The notes under the pieces were generated by a model that had not been told where the DNA came from, searched no databases, and saw nothing but the letters and a program-made list of their open reading frames with translations. Shown here one piece after another: positions 1-12,100 of a stretch of DNA of 64,000 nucleotides (position 1 is its first letter; the number at the start of each line of letters is the position of its first letter). Origin of the DNA: Hydrolagus colliei (lineage: Eukaryota). Location of the stretch: positions 8,866,001 to 8,930,000 of the forward strand of contig CM068747.1 in the NCBI GenBank assembly GCA_035084275.1, read 5' to 3'. The position numbers and the translations under genes are program-made.

Positions 1-169
1 TCCTATCACAGTACATATTACAGATGACCCTCCTACTTCTCAGAATTCTACTGTGCAGCTGTCCCAGCAGACACCGACTTTACCCAATGAGCAATTTCAG
101 CTGATGGATCAGAATGGGCAGCCTCTCCAATATGAGCTTCAGTCTTTGGGAGAACCAAGTGCAAGGATG
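1..169 (+). CDS. CARF: CARF exon (runs off window start)
   Basis: Frame from base 2 reads ...[28 protein letters not shown], followed by donor GTTGGT at 170 (phase 0). Confidence 0.88.
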
Positions 170-3100
170 GTTGGTAACGTATAACTAACGCTATATGAAA
201 ACTCTTAAAATGTACTTGAAAGCCTGACGGGATCCAAGGAACATTACAAAAATCCAACAGGACTATACTGCATAATAGCGCCCATCATTTAGGAATGTGT
301 AGAGTTTATAGCATCAAGGTATAGGCTACAGGATTACGTAGCGGGTCAAAAGATTTATTTGTGATTTGACGTTAGAATTGATTTAAATTGAATTGGAGTC
401 CTGTACCTCAGTGGTTAGAGCACTTGCCTTACAAGCGTGACACCTGTGTTCGAATCCAGACAAATCAGGGCAAAATATTGGGCAAGTTTCCTTTCTCCAT
501 ATGCCTAATAATAATCCCTCCAAAAAAAAACACAATAATAAAATTGGTCATTTCAATCCACGACTGTTTGTGGGACACTGTTGTGCGCAATTGGCTGCCA
601 TGTTTCGCCAACAAATAAACAGTCAATTCACTTTACAGTATATTCTGTGAAGCACTTTGAGACATCTAGAAGATGTGAAAAGCGCTATATCAAATGCAAG
701 GAGTATTATTATTATGAGAAAAAAAATGCAATATTGGAATTGGAAACACTTTGCTGTTTGGAGCTTTCAAAATGCATATGACAACTCAATAATCAAAATT
801 AAGATTGTCTATCGATTCTTAAATTAGAGCATCTGATGGAATCCTGTAACACTAGTTAGAGCACTTGCCTCGCAACAAAGGACTGTGGTTCAATTTCTGG
901 GCAGGGCAAATTGTTAGGCAAATTTTGTTACTCACACCCCTCTGTTTACCTAGCAGCAAGTAAGAATCTGGTTGTTAGTCGATTGCTGGATTGCGTTTCC
1001 AGGAGTAATAATCCCTCCGAAAAAATGTTTTTAAAAGAATAATTCTGTCACTCAATCCATAGCCATTTGTGTAACACTGCTGTGCAATTGGCTGATGTGC
1101 AGCTCCCCCCACCCCCCCAAAAAAATCATAGAATTGTAGCATTTTACAACAGAAAAGGAGGCCTTTTGGCCTATCAAGTCTTTGCCGGCTCTTTGAAAAG
1201 CTCTATTCAAAGTCAGTCCCACTCCCCAGCTCTCTTCCCATAACTCCGCAATTCCGTCCTCCCCAAATAACCATCCAATATGCATAAATTCAGTTTACAG
1301 TATATTATGTGAAGCATTTTAAGACCTCGAAGACAAAGTAAGGTGCTATATCAAATGCAAGGATTATTATTATTATAGTCTGCCTCAGTTAAACTCAGTT
1401 TTGTGGTGCATGTTCCTCTGGGCACCAGGAAGCTTTAGCATCATCTTATGAAAGCTGTGTTGGTGGCCCAGCAGAAACTCCTGAACAAAATTGTATTTTT
1501 GTTGAAAGAGGACAATTTGTTCCCCTTTATTCTTGCCATTTTCTGACTTACACGATGAGGCTCTGCGCTGCGTTCACCTCAAAATACACAACTATGTGCA
1601 TATGCAGTGTCATTCACTCAAATCTTTCAGGCTGTTTCTTCTTTGTTGGGTTTCATTGCTGCCTTCCGCTCCAGCGGGCTCCAGCTCTCCGCATGTTCCC
1701 TACCCGCCCCACCATCGGTGGTCAGGCCTTCAGCCTTTCTGCCCTCATCTTCTGGAACTCAATCCCACAGGCTCACCCTCTTTCACTCTCTTCAAAGTGT
1801 GAAAGCAATTCCTGTTTGAATTTCCTTCAGATGTCTCTATTTTCAAGAAAGAAATCTACAACTAAAAATCGGATCACTACTTTAAAGTAGTTTCCCACAA
1901 AGGTAACCCCACTTTACAGTATAACCTCAGTGGGTAACCCCACTTTACAGTATAACTTTGAGACTGCTTGACAATGTGTCAAGCGCTGTATCAAATACAA
2001 GCATTATTCGTTCTCTTCATCTGGCCATTTAGAAATGCCCGAGAGCTGCCATGTGCATCTTACCCGGGATTATTTCTCTTTCGCTCTCGTTCTGCGTGAT
2101 GGAATGTCCCTGTCTTGCGATGGCTCAGTGGACGAGTGCACTATGTTCCTTTGGAAGTTGAATGCAATGCCAAACAATGTTGATCGTTATTTCTAGATGA
2201 TTGTAACCAGCCAGTCGGACAATGGCCAGCTGCTTCATGTGATTCCTTCCAACCAACCAGTGGTAGCTCAGGTGCTGATTCCACAGGCACAACTTCTTGA
2301 TGTCGCCGGCTCGCAGGGTAAGGACAATTACTGTGGATGACTCTTGTGTTAACTAATGCATTTTATGGATGGTTGAATGAATTGTGACACTGGATAAAGC
2401 AGTCGGGATTCATTTATAAAATGTTAAAAGCTGGTTAAAGAATGGCTGTGTCACTAAGCCAAAAAGCAATGTAGAAGTTCCAGTGTATACATTGTACTCT
2501 TGGTAGCTTCGTAAATGAAATCTCCTGAGGCTTGTGTTTTCCATAGATAACAATCCTATGTTGAGAAGAGAACTGAAACCTCATTGCTCTACTTCCTGAT
2601 CATTTATTCCTACACATCCATGTCCACAGACTTGTGGCTGGAAATTCTTCATTGTAATGCTTCCAAACCTGACCTTGGAGTATAATTGTGGTTCAATAAC
2701 AATTGTTGATGAATAAAACTGGGGTCTTGTAAACCACGAGACTTGGATGTAATAGAACAAATTGCTGGGGACTATCCCATCTGCAAACGATTAATCTAGT
2801 TATTTATTCCATCTTGACCCTTTCTTTGAATGAGATATTAAATTGAGGTCCTGACTACCTGTCCAGGTGGACATTAAGATCCCACAAAACTATTCCGAAA
2901 TACCAGGGAGTTTCTGGAACAACAATCCACCAAATATAATAATAATTGTTGCATTTGATATAGTGCCTTATCGCGTCGTTTAGACGTCTCAAAGCACTTC
3001 ACAGCGCTCAAGTTTCTGAGACGCTGCCTGGGATGGAGGGTGTTATACAAATGCTAATTGTTGTCGTTATTGTAAAGTGGATTAATTGTCTTATGAGTGA

Positions 3101-6100
3101 AACAGCAGTATCCCACAAACAGTTGGGGATTGAATGACCAATTTGTGGGGGGCAGGAGAAATGATTAGCTGACGCTGTAGGTACCAAGACCAGCCTAGAA
3201 ATACACTATGTCAATTTTCCCACTTGGTTACTTTCCTTGTGATAGCGATCTGCCAATCAACTAACAAATAAGTTCCTACTTACAAAGGCATTTGGAGTAG
3301 GGAGTAAACGGAAGCTTTTGGAGTAAGGAAACCTGCCTAAGAATTCATAAATTAGATAGATTTCTACAGTAAATAATATCTCGGGATACAATACATAGTT
3401 TGGGATACGACATATCAAGCGACTGCCAGGATGGTAGAAGGCGATTTAGATGGACCTTGATCTTTCGCCAAGCAAATTCTTATCTTCTTAATATTTTTGA
3501 AGATCAGAGGTTGTTGAAGCAGTATTTGGATCAGTCACTAAGACTTTCTGACGTGGTTCTGAAATTTTGAAGGCGTCCATATAACTAAAATATTAAAATA
3601 TTACAAAGTGAATTACATTGGTTCTCAGATGATGCTGAAGACAAACAGACCAGCGATGAGCTTCAGACGGTAACTGTTGGTGCCATTGCAGAGAACGCCG
3701 GCTATGTTTTACATCCTCAGTCTTCATTACTGCTGTACAGGAAGACCTCACTCAGGTATGTGAACAATAGTAAAATGACATTTATGTGCCTTTCACATCA
3801 GGAGGACATCCCAAGGTGCTGAACAGTTGGAGACCAGGATTCGAGCATGGGGTGGGTGGGGGTTGGGATGAGGGAGGGCAGAGAGGTAGAAGCTCTGATG
3901 CCATCCGGCATGGAGGGCACTATATAAATCGAAGTAGTTGTTGTAATTGTTGTTGTTGTAGAGGGTGACTGAAGACACAGTCGAAAAGGAGGGTTTTGAG
4001 TCAGGCCTTGAAGTAGGCAAAGGAGGAAGCAAGGCAAAGGGATTGTGGGATGGAATTCCAAAGGATGGGGGCAGAGACTGAAAGCCCGGCCACTGATGGT
4101 AGGGTGGGTTGGACGGAAGACGTGGAGTAGGCTGGAGCCCGCTGATTGGAGGAAGTGGACAGGTTGAAAGGGGGTCAGCAGATCAGAGAGGTAGGTGGAG
4201 GCAAGGCTGTGGATGGCCTTGAAAGTGAGGACAAGGATTTCAAATTCTATCCTCTGAGGCATGTGGAGCCATGCAAAGGATGATGGGGTCACGGAGCCTG
4301 GTACAGGAGAGGACACAAGATACAGAGTTTTGGATGATCTGCAGCTTGTGGAGGGAAGATTTGGGGAGGTCGACAAGTAGGGAGTTTCCATAGTCGAGCC
4401 TTGAGGTGACAACTTGCATGTATACAGGCTTTGGAAGCCTGAGGACTGAGGCTATGGAAAAATTCGGGCAATGTTGCAGAAGTGGTAGAAGGCAGGGCTG
4501 GTCATGGCACAAATATAGGAGAGAAAGGACAGTTGAGAGTCGAACAAGATGCCCAGGTTCCTCACTGGCTTGGTAGAGTGTGCATCCACAGATGATGATG
4601 CTGCCAATGCCTGAAGATGCATCCTTATGATTAATGAGGGATTTTTTTTAGTTTGAGTTCATTAAGGCTTACATACATTCTTTGGCCCTGATTTGAAATG
4701 GGTTATAATAATAGTAATCCTTGCATTTGATAAAGCTGCTTATCATGTCTTCTAGACGTCTCAAATCGCTTCACAGAAAGTACTGTGAAGTGAACTGCGC
4801 TTTGGGACGTCCTCCCGACATGAAAGGCGCTATATAAGTGCAATTTTGTTGTTGTTGTTATATATTTTGTGGACAAAACATGGCAGTCAATTGCGCAAGC
4901 AGTGTCCCACAAACATTCGTGGATTGAAATGACTTTTATTTATTGTTTTTCTTTGAGGGATTATTATTAGGCATGTACAGTAAGGAAACTTGCCCAAGGT
5001 TTTGCCCTGCCTGGAATTGAACCCAGGCGTAGAGAGTGGCTCTTCACATTTTCACAAACTTTACTCTTGTTTGTTTCAGAGTGGTTGAAGATAATTTTCC
5101 GGTCCCATTACAGCCTTTGCCACACAACACCCCTGTTTGGGCTCGGCGACTCCGGAGCTGCGAGGTTCATGAACTACTTGCCTTAATTTCTGGCTTTTGC
5201 ACATGTTGAGTCTCATTTCATTCCATTGAATTTTCAGTGAATCTTATCTGGGATTTACACTACTGGGAACCCAAGGTTGCTTCAGTACACTAATGAGTCT
5301 GTTTCTAAAACTAGTTCTAATTCTAATTTTTATTATCTTATTAATGCACTTCATGGGAATATTGATTTTCTTAATCAATAGTTTTACAGTTTTGAACAAA
5401 TGGATAAGTAGAATACAGGTATAAACTTATGTGTACATAAAGTATGTACAATAAAACTCATATTAGTTATGATCATAACATTTAATATGACGTTCACAGA
5501 GTCATAGTTGCAGGCAAACTGTATAAGGCCGTAGAAAATCCTATTTAATCAACAATTCGTAAGATGGTAATTGCCCATGCAGTAACAGGTCAAGACTACA
5601 TTTACCACCATTTTACCACGAGGGCACCACGACAATGAGGAGTTTGCCCTAGCACTGTATTGGAGTGATAGCCTAGACTGAAGTCAAAAGTCCCCGATAT
5701 GCGATTCAAAGCCACTCCCTTCTGACTCAAGAAGCAATAGGAGTAGGAATTGGCAAGAAAGAAATTATTAATCATATGTGATATTTCCTCCTTTCTTTGT
5801 GGTTCAAGTAGTGTTCGATGTTCATTGTTCCAGAAAATTGGAGACTCTTACCGTGGATTCTGCGAGAGTGAAGCAGAACTGGAAAGCGTACTGACCTGGC
5901 ACAAGCAGGAGACCCAAAGTGTGTGGGGGACGCGCCAGTCTCCGAGCCCTGCCAAACCTGCCACCAGGCTAATGTGGAAGTCCCAGTACGTTCCATATGA
6001 TGGCATTCCATTTGTCAATGCAGGTGAGACAAATATAGATAAAAATAAACTTTTTGTGAGCTAGAAACTTAGAATGATATCATATAGAATTATACAGGAC

Positions 6101-9100
6101 AGAAGGACGCCATTCAGCCCATTTTGTCTATGCTGGCTTTTTGAAAAGAACTGTCCAAATTAGTCCTGGTCCCCACGCTCTCTCCATAGAGTCCTGTAGA
6201 GTACTGTACTGTGGAGTTTTGTAGTTCAGTGGTTAGAGAACTCGCATCACAAGCGAAACACCTGAGTTCGATTTCAGGGTTCGATTCTCGGCATGGCAAA
6301 ACTTTGGGCAAGTTTCCTTACTCCACACGCCCACTACAATAAAAAAATACTGTGCATCCCCAGCAATGCATTGGGCTGTAATTTGAACCCATAATCTTCT
6401 GATTCGAAAATGAGAATCTACCAACTGAGCTAGGTTGCCATCTTCTACTATTTGGACGCAGGAGAGGGAATCCTTGCAATTCCACTCTGGTCCACAAGCA
6501 GCCTCGGAGCCAGTCTTTGCAGCTCTGTTACAGCTGTTACAGATTGTAACTGGTGTGATTGTATGATCTATGCTCTTGATCTGTGTGGATCTGCGTTTTA
6601 TTCCAGGAAGTAGAGCAATAGTGATGGAATGCCAATTCGGACCAAGGCGCAAAGGTGTCCAGATTAAGAAAACCGTGGAACAGGAAAGCAACACTAATCA
6701 CAATTACAAAGCTACATGTGCTGCACGGTGAGAAGCTTGCAAAAGTGTACTAATTTTGCAACAGTCTGCTATGGGCTCATGCCATGAATTTCAGTACAGT
6801 ATTAGCATACAGACTGAAGGGCTCATTGGGAGGATTTTGATATGTGTGGCTTGTAACCATTCATGGAGTCCTGAGGCATACTGGTTAGCACACTCATCAT
6901 GCAAGCAAGTGAACTTGGGTTTGAATACCCAGCCGAGGCAAGTTTCCTCACTCCATACCCTCTGATTACCCAGCATAAATAGAAACCAGTTAGTCATTTG
7001 GTGGGTCACTTTCTGCCAGTAATAATCCCTCCAAAAAAATGCTGTCACTCAATCCACAACTGTTTGTATGCAACTCACCGCCCTTTTTTCCACACAGAAT
7101 ACATATTCCATTCACTTTAGATTATATTGTGTGATGCGCTTTGAGATGTCTCAATGACACGATCAAATACAAGGATTATTCAACAAATACGACTTCTCAG
7201 ATGGAAAAATAATCTGAGTTGAATCGACAGTGCATAATCCAACTGAACCCTTTCTGTCTGAGTCAAGCATGCTGACAAATGAGTTAGGCTGATAGCTGTT
7301 ACTGTTATGTTGCCTGTTAAAGTCGAGTGTAGCCAACTAAGGTCCTGTGATGTGAGTGTTTGGAAACTAATGGTTAATTTAAATTCCTGACCCTGCGGTG
7401 AAGTAAGGACTGACGAAATGTTGTACAAAAATACAGATGTTTATTAATTCAGATTATTAATGGTTAGAAGTACTGTATTTAAAAGCAAACGTCAAAAGAA
7501 TGCATCTTTGTGTTTATTTGTCTACAGAATCTACATTAAAAAAGTCCGGAAATTCCCAGAATACAGGGTTCCCACAGACCCCAAGATTGATAAGAAAGTA
7601 ATACGACAAGAGCAGGAAAAGGCCTTCAATATGCTAAAAAAGAATGGATTTGATGCAGGTGGAGTTGTCAGGTAAAGTGCTTTACACATAAACTCGCTTC
7701 TGGATTAGTGAGGACATTGGGAATGATCAGTTGATTCCCATGCGACTGAATGGTTTCCTCTTTGTTAAATTCTTAGTGGAAAATTCCTTTGTGTGGGATT
7801 CCTGCTTCCCCCTTCTGGAGTAGAACAACAACAAAATTACATTACGAGAACGCCTTTCACGATGGGAGGACTTCCCAAGGAGCTGAACAGTCAGGGGTCG
7901 GGACCCGAGCAAGGGGAGGAGTGAAGTAGGGATGAGGGTAGGCAGAGAGGTGACAGGGCAGCTGAAGGTAGTAGGGCAGGTCGGGCGGGAGACATGGAGA
8001 AGATTGGAGTCCGCTGAACGGAGGGAGCGGGCAAGTTGGTAGGGAGTCAGTCAGCAGGTCGGAGAGGTAAGAGGGGACAAGACCACGGATGGCCTTGAAA
8101 GCGAGGAGAATAATAATAATAATAATAATCCTTATAGCGCTTTTTATGTATTTTAGAAGTCTCATAGTGCTTCAACGAATATACTGGAAAGTGAATTGAC
8201 TGTACATTTGTTGGTGAAACGCGGCAGCCAATTGCACACAGATGGTCCCACAAATAGTCATGGATTGAAGTGACCAATTTATTGTTGTATCAATTATACT
8301 GATCCGGAATCCTCTCTAGGTCTGTCCCATTGTCTTGCCTTTTGTCGGGTGCCTGGATGATCCTTGTGTGGATTAGAGCTCTTCAGGCCACTTGAAGGTG
8401 CTGGAAAGCCTGGAACCTTGCTCCACTATTCTGAGATTCTAGTTGGATGCTCTGAGCTTGGCAGCAAGTGGCATTTCACCACCAGCAGTGCATACATGGA
8501 CTGGGATCCAATGTCACACTCCTTCTGACAGGAACGGCCAACCACTAACCTACTGTCCCATCACCTATCCCCCATAGTGATGAGCTTTCATCACTTGTCA
8601 ACCCCATGCATTCAGCTGCAGTATAATACTAATTGTTGTAGTTTGACAAGACATAAATTCTCCATCTCAAGTTCTGTATCTCTTTCAGTCTGCAGGTGAG
8701 CTAGTGCGGGGCTGCTGGTACTGGGAATTTGCCCTGATCGCTCATTGTTAACCTTGTCCCTGTTGCTACAGATGGTACGTGCAGTTACCTACACCGCAGG
8801 CCCACCAGTACCACGATCAGGAAGGTGTCTACTTACCACCACCCCCTCCACCATCCCCACCACCATTTGTTGCAGTGGAAGAAGAAGAAATTGGGGCTGC
8901 GGATGAAAATGGCACCTTGTCCTCTCGCCTGCACCCACGGGTAACTGAGAAGATTCTTGAGCTGGTTGCTCAAGGGCTGGACCAGGTTTACACAGTCCGG
9001 AAACAACTAAGGTATATTCTCCGTGTCTCATAAAGCAATTACAGATCAAGTCAATTGCATGGCCTTTATGGTTTGAGAATGCTGGATGAGAGTTAACTTT

Positions 9101-12100
9101 CTCCAGTCAAATGTGATCAAGGACAAGCTCCCCCTGCTTTTCTCCCGTCAACGCCTCCACACTTCAGGCGCTGACAGTATCACCAGTCATGAATGCACTC
9201 TACACCTCATTGAATCAGTACCAAATCTTTGTGACTTGTTTCATAGAATCTTATGGCACAAAAGGAGGCTATTCGGTCTGTGCCGGCTCTTGGCAAAAAG
9301 CAATTCAATCCCGCTCCCCAGCTCTCTCCCATAACTGCGCAAACCCGTCCTCCCTTACAACCGATGGTATTGTGATTAAAATTGGCATATCGTTAAAGGT
9401 AACTGTATTAATACTGCTGCGAATGTTTTATTTTTCAAATTGCTTTCACCAGCTTTTCCCCCTCATTAAATTCAGGTAAAAATACATTTTTCCCAATTGC
9501 CTTTTACCAGAAAACAATGATTATTTATTAGTAAAAATTGCTTACAAATTTAACGGTGCTTACCTGCAATGGATAGTCTTGTTTGTCATTTCTTGTTTAG
9601 AAAGTTTGTGGAAAGAGAACTATTTAAACCCGACGATGTTCCTGAGCGACACAATCTCTCCTTCTTCCCCACGGTCAATGACATCAAGAACCACATCCAC
9701 GAGGCACAACGAACCCTGCAGAGAGGCAAGCTGGAATACACACCTGGATCCATGACTGCAGCGGTAAGATCTGGTGCACAAGTAATATCAGATGAGGGAT
9801 TAGAATTCTCGTCATTTTCCAAGATTCTATGCACTTAACCTCTGAGTAATAATCCTCACATTTGGTATAGCTACTTATCAAATTGGAAGATGTCTCAAAG
9901 CGCTTCTCAGGATTTACTATGAAATGGAGTGAGTGTAGGCAACTACGACTGCACAATTGTGCACAACAATGTCCCAGAAACAGCTATGAAACTAATGATT
10001 AGTTTTATTTGGGCCATGGTTGAACAGTACATGGGGAGAAATTCCCATCTCTTTTCAAATAGTGCCAGGAGATCTTTAACGTTCACCCAACTATGCAGAT
10101 AGCACCTCGGTTTCATCCGAAGGACTGCATCTCTGACAAAGCAAAGCATCCCCAGCACTGCATTGGAGAATCATCTTAGGCTATGTGAGTTGAACTCCCA
10201 ACTTGGGATACACACAAACCCACAACCTTCTGAGTAGAAAACATTTACAAACTACTGACACATATAAAGAAAAATTTAAGTGTAGAACAATTATAAACTG
10301 AGAAGAAAACTATTATAAGTTGAGTATAGAACTGTTCCGGGCGATAATTAGTAGTTGACACGATTTCTTGCTGTCTTGCATTATTTTTTTTTGCAGTACT
10401 GATCAGTGTGATTCTGTCCTCCCAGCTGCAGTGGACAGCCTCCAATGGAAGTTTACATACTGAGACAGTCACGGTCACTCTTGCGGCTGCACATGATGAT
10501 GGTGTGTACTGAGCATGTTACTGCAAATCTTAGACAGTATTCCACTCTCAAAACTATGCATAGATCTCTACTCAACTAAAACTTAAAGATTACACTACGC
10601 TGCCAATTGCCCCAACTTTTATTTAAGAACATTGTTAAGTGAGGAAAAGAGAAAGACCTTTGAATCTGACTAGCTCATTTTACTTTACTCCCATGTGCTC
10701 AGATATTTTCTTCCTTTGTACTCAGGATGTTATGTTTGCCCGTTTGTCATTGACCATGGCATGGGGGCAGGGGCAGGGGCTGAAGTGCTGAGCTTTACAA
10801 TGGAAGAAACTTTTAAAAGGGTAAATTGCTGCCATGTTTCACCCCTGAGTGTTGTTCCACAGAGAATATCACAACTGATTCGATCATGACTAAGGGGGAG
10901 CTGGCGCAGATGGAAGATGTACATTTTCCAGAGGCAGCCCAGCTTCCGTCTTCGCTCTCGTCTCTGCAACCAAAGCTGTTTGCACAATTACAGGTCAGTT
11001 GAACATACAGCTCCACTAAAGTGAACCATGATCTCAGCCTTTCAGTGCTTTGGAATGTTCTCTCAATGTGAAAGGTGCTCTATAAATGTAATTGTGTTGT
11101 TGTTGTTGTTGTTTCTTGAATGTGTTGATTTACATTCTCCTAACAACATTTTTCTCCCCCCGCCACCCTCCCACAACAAAAACAACAATTACATTTATAG
11201 AGCTCCTTTCACATCAGGAGGACGTCCCAAGGCGCTGAACAATCGGGGGTCAGGGCGCGAGCATGGGAGGTGGGAGGCAGGGTTAGGATGAGGGGGAGGG
11301 CAGAGAAGTAGGAGTCGGGCCTTAAAGGAGGGAGCAAGGCAAAGGGATTGTGGGATGGAATTCCAACATTTGGAGGTAGACAGGCTGAAAGCCTGGCTGC
11401 CGATGGTGGGGCGTGTCAGGCGAGAGTCATAGAGTAGGCTGGAGCATGCTGAACGGAGGGAGAGGATAGTTTGATAGGGAAATGTTTTTCAGAATAAGAA
11501 ATCCTCATCTTCACTTTCAAGGTGGGTCAGAGAGGTAGGAGAGGGATAAGGCCATGGAGTGCCTTGAGGATTTTTAATTCTAAAAAACATTTCAGCTTTT
11601 CTGTTTTCTTCCAAGCTCGTTATCAGATTGGTTCTGTGTAAGAGATCATCTGAAAGAGCAATTGTTAAAAGTGTTCATGGGGACTTTGTGTGTAGATAGT
11701 ACACATTGTCAGTCTGTGTACTACAGCTTGAAGATGGAAAGTACCTGTGCATACCTTACTCTTACTGGGAGCTCAGTATCACTCCTTACCTGTTGATCAA
11801 CAATGAAACAATTACTTTGTCTGTCAGGGAGACATTCAGTGCTGCTGAAGTACCCACAAGATATGGGAACTTGTAACTTTAAAGAACTTTGGAGGAAATT
11901 CTACCTCAGACAATCATTGTCTGATTGCTTGACAATGGCTCTGTCAAGCAATCAGCTTGACAGAGCCATTTGAGGAACCGGGACACAAGTTTACATGTCA
12001 CCTGCCTGATGTGAACTTGGATTAGTACACAATTTCATCAATGAGGCTGTGGTTTTAATGGAACTTAGCCCTAGGTTATTTTAATGGAACAGTATTTGTC

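Noticed and set aside
395-470. tRNA gene (anticodon-like CTTACAA loop)
   Set aside because: It continues directly into a SINE body, lacks a proper acceptor stem, and the loop varies between copies.
1901-1956. Direct repeat GGTAACCCCACTTTACAGTATAAC x2
   Set aside because: It is a local duplication inside a decayed SINE tail, with no further structure.
8576-8600. GTGATGA box-C-like motif suggesting an intronic snoRNA
   Set aside because: It is part of a short palindrome (GTGATGAGCTTTCATCAC), and I found no appropriately placed box D or terminal stem. I cannot support any snoRNA in this window by eye.
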